Below the pieces are notes generated by a model. The model saw only the letters and a list, made by a program, of their open reading frames with translations. It did not search any database and was not told where the DNA came from. The position numbers were made by a program, and so were the translations under genes. A stretch of 63,997 nt of DNA, the filler included, from Jimgerdemannia flammicorona (lineage: Eukaryota): assembly GCA_003990765.1 (NCBI GenBank). It is 3 parts of 3 records of this genome, joined end to end, with 100 filler letters (N's around TTAATTAATTAA, not from the genome) between each part and the next. Parts side by side here need not be neighbours in the genome. Positions count along the whole stretch, not along the records: positions 42,769 to 63,997 come from RBNJ01001501.1; 2 more parts are not named here. One strand, given 5' to 3'. Of the stretch, positions 53,801-63,997 are shown piece by piece. The stretch's first letter is position 1, and the number at the start of each line of letters is the position of its first letter.

Positions 53801-54195
53801 TTTTATACAGATTGGTTGCTATCTGATTACTATGTGGCTAATTATAATGTGGCTATTTAAGTACAAATGTTCAGGTTCTATATAGCATTTAGATCCTATA
53901 TAGTGTTTAGATCCTATATGGTATTCAGGTCCTGTTCAAGATCAATTCTAAATTTATTATATCTGGTTATTTATATAGATTGGTATGACAGAGCAGTCCT
54001 AGACAGCCCAACTGCTTTTGTATCTTTGACTGTCTAGTGCATTCATAACTTCCTAGTATGCTCACTATAATATATGACTAATTCAAATAATATGTTTTTC
54101 TGTAGCTCATCATACTCCATTAGTAATCAGATTCAGGTACCATGATCAAATATCTATCTCCTGATTATACTATCTAATATGGATCAACTTTTACA
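47850..54195 (-). mobile_element. Ty3/Gypsy element D, same family as C (5' LTR, gag, protease, insert, dUTPase), truncated
   Basis: Reverse-complement colinear with 24300-28130 plus 38850-40310. PBS TTTGGGGGCTC ending at 52836; LTR 52837-54195; dUTPase relic at about 48180-48570. Confidence 0.85.
50476..50986 (-). mobile_element. 5'-truncated LINE copy inserted in element D
   Basis: Poly-T, then similarity to 42769-43180. 12-bp TSD TCTGCTCTATTT (50464-50475 and 50987-50998). Empty site visible in element C near 27075-27100. Confidence 0.9.
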
Positions 54196-55395
54196 ATATT
54201 TAAAGAGAAAAGACAATAAGTAAGAATAATAGAGAGCAATTATCACTAACAGATATATGAAGTTTGACTTAATAATTGAGTAAACTATCATGAAATAAAC
54301 AATGATATATATATATATATATTGATTGGAATACAATAATTATTTTCTTAATTATAAATAAATTTATTAATTATTTAATTTAAAAGTTCTATTATTTATA
54401 ATATTTGATTTTCATATACATATACCATATTGAATTCTTTTTAAATTTTACTTATAATACAACTTCTATTCCTAGCTAATTTATGGTTTAAATGCTGATA
54501 AATATTTTTCCTTTCGCCCACTCAGTGTGAGCTGCAGGCTAAGTACTTTAAACTAGTTTCTGATATCTTCAATAGTCTTTGGGATTTCCTCCCGTCGTAA
54601 TTACAACGTGGCAATTTCGATATCATTGCCATTACTGGCGGAATATTTCTGCTAGACTTCACACACCACATCCGTGAATTCCAAGTAAAAGTCATAGGTT
54701 TTGCAAAATTTTGACTTCTAGCATATTGCATAGCTTAAAAACACTCGGAAGTTGCAGCATAATCGTACCCTCCCACTTTCTGGGACTTGTTTGTGGTCCG
54801 AAATCACCGGAAGATTTCGCCCACCCGCTTTTCTATTTCACGAAGGGCGTCGTTTTTGGCTTCTCCAGTGACAACCGTGTTCCAGACGTGCGATCTTCTA
54901 GGGTTGGTGCTCCCGTTCTAGTTCCACATTCTTGATTGGTGTCCACGATGCTGGTGCAGGGTCGCGCTACAACTCCTGATGTGTGTGTCGCATTCACCGC
55001 TCTGCTTAATCCGTCAGACGGCACGCCACTCAAATAGTTTTCGCTTCCATAGAGTGTGCTGTCATTCCATCTCGTAATAATAGGCATGCACCTCCTGTGG
55101 CCGGTTATTGTCATGGTTGGACTGTCGTACGTACTGCAAGAACTATTTCTGACAGCTAGCCTCTTTTGATCTATCGCATTTGGGCTCCTCTGCCTTTCAC
55201 ATCTCGTCCTTTCTCTGGCATCGAACACCAAACCCAAAGTTCATCTATCTTCCGTCTCTTTGTCTCCAGATACTGGCTTCGTAATGCCTCAACCACTTTT
55301 TATAATTTTCTCAATCTCAATATCCAGCTTCAAGCCCCTTATTCCACATCGTAAGATCCGACGCCTACTTCATGTCCCTCCTCCTCCTCTCGCTT

Positions 55396-56171
55396 TTATC
55401 CTCTAGCTCCTGCCAATTTGTCCAGCTCTAACTTGTGTCTCTCAAGCTCGGTCTCCAACTCATGTTTCCTCGCTAACAAACGGTTTATCTCATGTTGGCT
55501 CTTGCTTGCCTCGGACTTGAGCTCTTTATTGTGCTTCCAAAGCATATTCAACTCGGCAATGTGACCTTCATTTTCTACCTCTAACAACAGGTTGCGTGCC
55601 ACGAGCTCCTTTTCTCGCTTTGAAATTTTGTTCAGCTTAGCGGTTTGACTCTCCTTCTCATTCTCCAGCCACAGGTTGCGCGCCACAAGCTGGTCGAAAT
55701 TGCCCTTGTCTGTTTCTAATTCGATGTTGCGCGACCGAAGTTGTTGGAGCTGCCTCGTCATTTCTTCTAGCTCTTGGTCGTTTAAACCAAATATAATATC
55801 ATTTCCTTCATCACCATGAGTCATCAATTCCGTAGTCATCATATCTAGGAGATATAATGTATTTTCTGTAAGTATGTCATAGAATTGTGTTTTATAATGA
55901 TAATTTTCAATCTGAGAGCTCTAGATATACCTTGGTCGGTATTTTGTCTTCTCGCGGCCCTTTCTTCCATTGCCACTGGCGATGACATGTTGGGGCGATC
56001 ATACGAGCAAATTTTCCCCAAGCCTCGGCATCTTGAACATGGATCCTTTTTGTCGCAAAATTTCCTGCTCTTGTTGCAGTTGTTGCAACGCTGTTTGATT
56101 GGTTTGCCTTTTTTGGATGGGTGCCCGAGAACGTATTGTGGTGTTTCGTTAAAGAATTGATATGTGTCCAT
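55396..56171 (-). CDS. Zn(II)2Cys6 binuclear cluster protein with coiled-coil region (~229 aa; intron 55845-55930)
   Basis: CNNCNKSRKFCDKKDPCSRCRGLGKICSY. A GT-AG intron joins it in frame to a heptad-rich segment with repeated LVARNLxLE. Confidence 0.72.
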
Positions 56172-58483
56172 TATTTGTGTGTGTGCCTGAAATAATTTTG
56201 TGCGACATGGGCTTTTTATAAATTATAAATTTGCAAGATCTGGGTCCCAGAAATTTCGATCACGAAATACGTCAGTGACCCCGAAAGAGGACGTCTGCTG
56301 ATAATAACAGGTGCCACATGGAAAGCCAATCGAAATCTGTTCCGACACTGGTGCCTTTACGTGGTAATTCCGCTGAGTAATTCCTGCATGAGCCTTTGGC
56401 TTTATGACGCACACACACGTCCGCAAAACTCGAACAGGCACAGGTCCGCCGCCCGACATGTGAACGACGTATCGCGCAAATCCAACGGGCGCTCATACAG
56501 ACTTTGACCCTAGAACCTGTTCACATAACTGACAATAATAACGTCCCGTGGCATAATGAGCTGTACAAATCGTATGCCACACCATATTCTGCGTCGCAGA
56601 CGAGAAACCGACCTCCCATCCGCGAAATGTTACTTCAAAGACTGATCCGTCCTCCTGGGTAACCTACTTGAAGTTTCCCGCTTGCCACGTGCTACGAATA
56701 GCCTCGATGTCTTACTTATTTTAACGCTGCATCTGCTCGATTCCGTTTCACAAGGGCCTGTCCACAGCTCGCATTGACCGCAGGCAAAATCGTCAACTTT
56801 CGGGGATCGAAGCGGTTGACGAACCTTAGTAAAAGCAAAGAGCGTGTGTTGAGAGGCTGCTTTGAAATTCGCGCGGTACGCGGAAATAAATGCTTTCCGG
56901 TGATTAGCTTATCCTGGACCTCAAGAGTGTGGTTAATTCTACCGAAATTTCTCTTACGAAACGGCTTTTGTAGACGAGGACGAATAGGACGACATGAAGG
57001 CAAGGTCGACAACGACTCCTGATACCTTCTCCGCTGATTCTGCCAACCCTGTCAACAACTCTCCTGCCGACCCCTACGACTCTTCCACTTCCGATTCGGG
57101 CTTCTTCCACTGCATCAACTCGCCCTCGATCTTGGCTCAATCCAACAGATGCCACAACGCCCTCCATTGCCATCTAGGCGGACGTGGGAAATTGAGACCC
57201 AGTGCGAGTAGCACGGTGGGTTTTTCACGAGCGACTGGCGGGGATTGTGAAGGAGGACAAAGTCATAAAATGGTGTTGCAGTATGAGATATTCATTTTTG
57301 GGGGCGGGAGCGGGGAAGTTTGGTATCTTGTACCAGGGGTCACCGACCGATTGGATTTTTTTTTTTTTTTTTTTGAGATGCCGTAACTGATTGATATCAA
57401 TAAATATTATGTACAGCATTGCGGCGAATACTGTCCCAAGTTCTACAAAAAGGAATGGTTACAAAAGTTCCTGAACAAGGAGGCGAACGCGCCTCGTTTC
57501 TCTATTTCTCTCCACCGCCCAGTCTTATCGATATGCGATTATTTGAATTATTATTATAAAAAAAAAAAAAAAAAAAGAGGAGAGAGGCTGGAAGAGTGCG
57601 CAGGCCTAAGGCGAGTAGTTGGGCGCGGTGCATGCAACTACCTGAACTCGGATGGGTTGTTCGAACAATGTGGTCATGCAGGCCAGGCCGTATTGCATTA
57701 TGTCTTTGGCGGATCGGTTGTCTGTCGTCATGTGAAGACCGGCAGTCCGTCAGAAATTGCACTCGGTTTTTGGGCAGATGGAGGCGCTAGTTGTTGTTGG
57801 TGGTCAATAGGCTTTGCTGAACAGTTATAATGAATGAATTGTAGTGGAGTACGATAGACATTTTTGGCATATTGTGGTCGCATTCGTTTGGGCATATTGT
57901 GTGTCGCTTGTGCGCATTGAATAATAGCGGCTCGATGTCAACAGCTAAACAAATGGCTTGGCCATAACAACCGAACACAATCCTCATGACCAGAGGTGAG
58001 AGGTTCGATTAAATATTAAGTATAGGGAGTGATCGAGAAATCGACAATAGTATAGATTTTGAGATAAACAAATATTTTCCTTAGTTTTTAATAATGTCAT
58101 ATTAATATATATAATTACTAAATTTTAAAGTTTCATTATATAAAATATTTGATTTTTCATATGTATCATAATGAATTTAATTTTAGCTTTTACTTAGATT
58201 CAACCTTCTCTTCCTAACTAATAATATAGCTGAAGTTCTTGATTAATCTTTTTCCTTTTGCCCTGGCAGTGTGGGCTGCAGGCTGGTTGCTCTCAACAAG
58301 CGAATTATTCCCATCAGGTCCGTGTTAGGTCTGATCTGCTCTTTCTCCTTCTCCGAAGCTCTCGGCTAATCCTTGATTTCGTCGTTAGTCCTTGGGGTTT
58401 CCTCCCGTCCCCTCCGTGCCGTGGCAATTTCGAATTCTTAGCCAATACTGGCGGAAATTTTCTGCTGACTTCGCTCACCGTAT

Positions 58484-59352
58484 TGTAACGGGCCGGGTCA
58501 ATGAAGGCAAATTACAAGGTTGGGGCTGCTATGTAGATTGGCTTGAGCCCCCAGTTACTTTGTCAAAAGTAAAAAAATGTTCAATAGTCTCTGGTGCAAG
58601 AAATAGATGCAAGTTCTGTTCACGTAACGCGGAAGATTTCGGCGAGTTCCTGAATGAAGCGGATTTCCGAAAATGGTGGATAACTCAGATGATGCGGATT
58701 CTTCCTGAATTGGCAGGCTTCTCAAAATGGCGGACTTCTCTTGTGCAAAGTTACGTCAAAGACTGGTTTGTTTGCGCGAACTAGTTTGATCACTGCGAAG
58801 GTGCGTCTTATTCTAGACTGGCTTTGTGCAGGTGGGTTTCTTGAAAATGGCGGCTTTTCCATAAGTGGCAGGTTACTCAAAAATGGCAGCGAAGTTCTTC
58901 ACTTGAACTTGGCAGCAAAGGCTTTCTATCAGAAAGTGGACTGGAGTAGAAAGTAAGCTCACAACTTCTTGGCAGTGGCTTGTTGGCAGGTTTCTCCTCC
59001 TAAGTGTACCAGACAATTGGCTTTTGCTTTGATTTTCAAACTGAGGTTTATTCACTCAAATCTCTGGGGTATTTTATACAGGCTGGGTTGCTATGTGGTT
59101 GCTAACTGACTAACTATAGATTGCCATTTCGGGTAATGTTTAGCTGTTCCTGTTGGGAACATGGATCTCAAATTCTGGTATGGTGTACCAGCTAGAAACA
59201 CTTTGTGCCCTTATTTGACTATCTGGGTTATTTATACAAGTTGGTGCAGTTGGTAGGTCCTGGTCGCCTAGTGCATCTGATATGGTATATGGCTAAATTA
59301 TAGTGACTAATTTGGATGGTAACTTGGTACGTTTCTCTGCTGGCTTGTCACA
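58484..59352 (-). mobile_element. Solo LTR related to family C/D
   Basis: TGTAACGG...TGTCACA, flanked by GTAT/GCAT (4-bp TSD with one transition). Absent from the paralogous blocks at about 54665 and 63850. Confidence 0.85.
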
Positions 59353-60713
59353 GCATATGTAAAAGTCGTTGGCTTTTGCAAACGTTGTATTTTTCCTCAC
59401 TTCTAGCATGCATCGCTCAAAAACGCCGCCTAGTTCTGTAAGGCTTCTCTCGCAAGTTGCCTCAAAATCGGGTTTTCCCACTTTCAGGAACTTTTTTTAC
59501 ACGTCATCGCATCGGTCTTGGAGAACTCCTCGATTTTGGCCTCGAGCTTCCGGAAACACGGGAAGACGTCGCCATCCGCTTTCCTATTTCACACAGCTAG
59601 GGTGAAGTTTTTGGCATTTCCAGCGACAATCGGGTCCCAGCTGAGCGATCTTCTAGAGTTGGTGCTTCAGTTCCAGTTCCAAAAGCTTGATTGGTGTCCA
59701 CGATGCTGGTGCACGGTCGCACTCCAACCCCTCGATATGTGTGTGGCATCCACCGGTCTGCTGAATCCGTCAGACGGCACGCCACTCAAATACGTTTTGT
59801 TTCGATCAACGTCGTTCGCTCGCTCCGATTTTGTCACTAAAGGCACCGATGTCAGAGCTCGAAACCTGCAGATTTCGATTGACTCCCATGCGACGCCTAC
59901 TGTTGTCAGCCGACCCTGGCGGCTCCTCATCTTTCGGCTAAGATAGGCGAGGTCGAGGAGAAGAGGCGTCACGGCTTGTGTGGCTTGTATGACTTATACG
60001 GCTTGTTAATATATATTGAATAACTTTCAGGCATCAGGTTCTTTAATTTCACCTATACTCATCGATGAATTTGGAAGGAGAATTGCCGCATTGCCGAGGA
60101 GTGACTAGAAGTTCCCAGGCTGCGGAGCTTGACGGAATCATGAAGTGTCAAGTGAAACATATATTTCTGGACGATGTTTCCCAAAATATTTGAAACACAT
60201 GGTGTTTCAGTGTTGTATATTTAAATTCGGCATTTTCTCCGCCTTCACATCATACGAAATAATCCCGTCTCTTCCGAAATCCTTAGCTCAGCGTTTTTTT
60301 TTTTTTTTTTTTTTTTTGATAACGATTGTAGTCGCTCATGTTTTATTGGGATAGATCAGACTTACCTGTAAGCGCGTAGACGGTGCGGATATGGCGAAGT
60401 GACGGGATTATAAAAGGTCAAAACATTTCCGATTTTCAAGAAGAGTGGTGGGACCCTTAATTCTTTGATATGACCGATTTTGATCAACATTTCCGATAAC
60501 TTCCGATATAGGAAGCCGCAGCCCACTCTAAGTTTAGAAATAAATTTCGGAGATCAATTATCCGATATTTGATAAAATCGGCGATCTCGCGGCGCCGACG
60601 AACCTTACTGGAACAATTGGCGCATTGGTTTGTCATCGATGACATAATCAACAGCATTGCAAATTTTAGATCTCCGCAAACTATTGTTGGCACACAACGA
60701 ACTTGAACAAATA

Positions 60714-61413
60714 ATGGACACTTATCAATTTTTTAACGAAACACCATAATACATTCTCGGTCCCCCTTCGAAAAAAGGCAAGCCAACGAACCAGCACTGC
60801 AACAACTGCAACAAGAGCAGGAAATTTTGCAACAAAAAGGATCCATGTTCAAGTGTCGAAGTCGCTGCCATCAGTGGAAATGGAAGAAAAGGCGCCGAAA
60901 AGGCAAGCTATGTCCAAAGCTCTTATATTGACAATTATCACTATAAACACAACATTATGTCATACTTACAGAAAATACATTATATCCCGTAGAAATGATG
61001 ACGACTCATGGTGTTGAAGAAAATAATATTACATTCGGTTCAAACAACCAGAGCAGGCCGAAATGATGAGGCAACTCTAACTTCGGTGGCGCAACATCGA
61101 ATTGGATACAGTCAAGGGCAACTTCGACAGGCTTGTGGCGCGCACTGTGGCTGGAGAACAAGGAGGAAATTCACACCGCTGAGTTAAACAAAATTTCGAA
61201 GCGCGATAAGGAGTTCGTCGCACGCAACCTAGTCAAGAAAGAAGGTCCCACCGCCGAGTTAAACAAACTTTGAAAGCCCTTTAAGGAATTCAAATCCGAG
61301 GTGCGCAAAAATCAACATGAGATAAACCGTTTGTTGGCGAGGAATCACGAGTTGGAGACAGAGCTCGAGAAACACAAGTTGGAACAGGACAAATTGGCAG
61401 GAGCTAGAGGTTG
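60714..61413 (+). pseudogene. Inverted, disrupted paralog of the Zn2Cys6/coiled-coil gene
   Basis: ATGGACACTTATCAATTT start, CAA-to-TAA stop at codon 12, deletion removing the last cysteine region, frameshifts. Confidence 0.85.
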
Positions 61414-62868
61414 AAAACAAGAGGATAAGGAGCGATGCTGACGTGCTTGTGAAATAGGCTTCGCATCTTACGATGAATGAGAGGAGCGCCGTGGTCTCCA
61501 AGAAACGGGGATTTAGACCGGTCTATGCAGCTCAAAACTCTGAAGCCAGTATCCGGAGACAAAGAGATAGAAGATAGAAGAGCTTTGGGTTCACTGTTAG
61601 ATGCCAGAGACGGGACGAGATGGGAAGGCCCAGGTGTCCAAATGCGAAAGATCAAAGCAGCGAGCGGTCAAAGGGAAATAGTCCTTGCAAACGTAATACA
61701 GTTCAACAAAGACAATGACCATGTACAGGAGGTACATGCCCATTATAAAAAGATATAATGACAGGAGTAATTCCTGCACACACAGAAGCGCCATCGGCTG
61801 TTGTATATTTATGACGCACACACGTACCATCCGCATAACTCGAACAGGTACAGGTCCGGCGCCCTACATACGAACGACAAATCGCACAAATCGAACGGGC
61901 GCTCAAACCGACTTTGAACCTACAACTATATCCGCTATAGTCACGTAACTGACACGGACGACGCTAATAACGTCCCATGGCATAGTGAGCTGAACAAATC
62001 GTGCGCCACACCATATTCTGCGCCACAGACGAGAAACCGGCCTCCCCCCCCGCGAAATATTACTTCAAAAACTGTTCCGTCCTCCACGGCAACCTAGCTG
62101 AAGTTTCCCGCATGCCACTGTGCTACAAATCACCTCGAATTCTCACCCATTGCACCGCTGCATATGCGCGATTCCGTTTCTTTCAATACTCACTTGGGCC
62201 TGTCTACTTCTCGCATTAAACGCAGTTAAATTCGCCAGCTTCCGGCAATCGAAGCGGTTGACAAGCTTTAGTTAAAGCAAAGAGCGTGTGTTGAGAGGCT
62301 GCATTGAATAACGGCTTCCTGGTTGATATGTCAGTCGTCGCCGTGCTTTAGTCAGATGCCTGCAAGGAGGTGATGATCTTATTCTGGACCACTTCCGATT
62401 CGGGCCTCTTCCACTGCATCAACTCGCCCTCGATCTTCTTGCTTCCATCCAACAGATGCCGCAACGCCCTCCATTTGCATAACGTCGCCATCTAGGCGGA
62501 CATGGGAAAATGAGACCCGGTGCGAGTAGCTCGGTGGGTGTTTTTCACGAGCGACTGGCGGGGATTGTGAGGGAGGACAAAGTCATACATAAAATCGTGT
62601 TGCAGTATGAGATATTTATTTTTTGGGGCGGGAGCGGGGACGATTGGTATCTTGTAGGTCACCCACCGATTGGGGTTTTTTTTGAGATGCTGTAATTTAT
62701 TGATATCAATAAATATTATGTATAACATTGCGGCGAATACTGTCTCAAGTTCTGCACAAAGGAATAGTTACAAAAGTTCCTGGACAAGGAGATGAACGCA
62801 TCTCATTTCCCTATTTCTTTCCACCGCTCAATATTATCAAATATTTCTCGATAGGCGATGATTTGTTT

Positions 62869-62924
<56 letters not shown>

Positions 62925-63943
62925 AGAGAGCCTGGAAAAGTGCGCAGGCCTAAGGAAAGGCGCAATAGCGCCAATAACGAGTAGTTGGGCACGGTGCATG
63001 CAACTGCCAGGGTTCGGATGGGTTATTCGAACAATGTGGTCGTGCAGGCCGTATTGCATTATGTCTTTGGCGGATCGGTTGTCTGTCGTCATGTGAAGAC
63101 CGGCAGTCCTTCAGAAACTGCATTCGGTTTTCGGGCGGACGGTAGCGTGATATGTTGTCGATGGTAAATGAAATTAGCTGAACAATTTTAATGAATAAAT
63201 TGTAGTGGTGAATGAGGCAGTTCGCATTCGTTTGGGCATATAGTTTGTGTTACATGTGCGGTGGCTTTGTCGCTTGTGCGCATTGAGTAATGGCGGCTTG
63301 ATGTCAATAGCAAAACAAATGGCTTGACCTTAACAACCGAACACTCTCCTCGCGACAAGAGGTGAGATGTTTGATGAAATATTAAGTAATGGGAGTGATC
63401 GAGAAATCGACAGTAATATAGATTTTGAGATAAATAAACATTTTCCTTGGTTATTAATAATGTCGTATTAGTATATATAATTATTAAATTTAAAAGATTT
63501 ATATGCAATATATAATATTTTATTTTTCATATATATCATAATGAAATCTATTTTTAGATTCAACCTTCTTCTAACTAATAATATATAGCTGAAGTTCTTA
63601 ATTAATTTTTTTCCTTTTGCCCGGGCAGTGAGCTGCAGTCTGGTTGCTCTCAACCGATGGTGTTGTAAACGGATTATTCCGATCAGGTCCGTGTTAGGTC
63701 TGATCTGCTCTTTCTCCTTCTCCAAAGCTCTCAAATATTGCATTATTTCGTCGATAGTCCTTGGGGTTTCCTCCCGTCCCCTTCGTAACGTGTCAATTTC
63801 GAATTCTTAGCCGTTACCGGCGGAATTTTCCTGCTAAACTTCGTTCACCGCGTCCAAGAATTCCAAGTAAATGTCGTTCCCTCTTTTCTAGCGTCTCGAA
63901 TCGCTCAAACACGCCACCCAGTTTGGTTTATGGTTTTCTCATA

Positions 63944-63997
<54 letters not shown>

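Larger units (their letters stand above)
56375..63860. repeat. Direct segmental duplication: 56375-58483 versus 61764-63860
   Basis: Colinear from GAGTAATTCCTGCA onward. A third partial copy of the distal block lies at 54300-55040 and matches 58070-58483 plus 59353-59790. Confidence 0.9.

Noticed and set aside
62866..62922. Poly-T/poly-A hairpin-like run (also 18470-18497)
   Set aside because: Homopolymer expansion; the paralogous block has only an A-run.

Overview
Fungal genomic DNA, most likely an early-diverging fungus (Mucoromycota-like; inferred from a Crinkler-type N-terminal domain, short GT-AG introns and the TE spectrum). The window is three unrelated contigs (1-21287, 21388-42668, 42769-63997) joined by artificial N44-TTAATTAATTAA-N44 spacers. 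Most of it is nested, C-to-T-eroded retroelements. These are: Ty1/Copia relics; L1/Tx1-like LINEs; two complete Ty3/Gypsy elements (A 2389-9101; chromovirus B 28140-38807); two partial copies of a third family (C, D); a solo LTR; and one CpG-intact LTR-like insertion. All three Ty3/Gypsy families carry a dUTPase, at two different positions. Element B has 2.07 kb LTRs that each encode a 365-aa ORF with its own TATA box and two PPxY motifs, an MMTV-like architecture. Element A has an extra ORF overlapping the pol stop. The clearest intact host genes are a head-to-head pair of secreted, bacterial-looking carbohydrate-active genes: a 15-exon heparinase II/III-like protein and a 7-exon CBM32/discoidin protein, separated by a triplicated intergenic unit. 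Contig 3 ends in a ~5 kb tandem duplication in which a Zn2Cys6/coiled-coil gene is inverted between copies.
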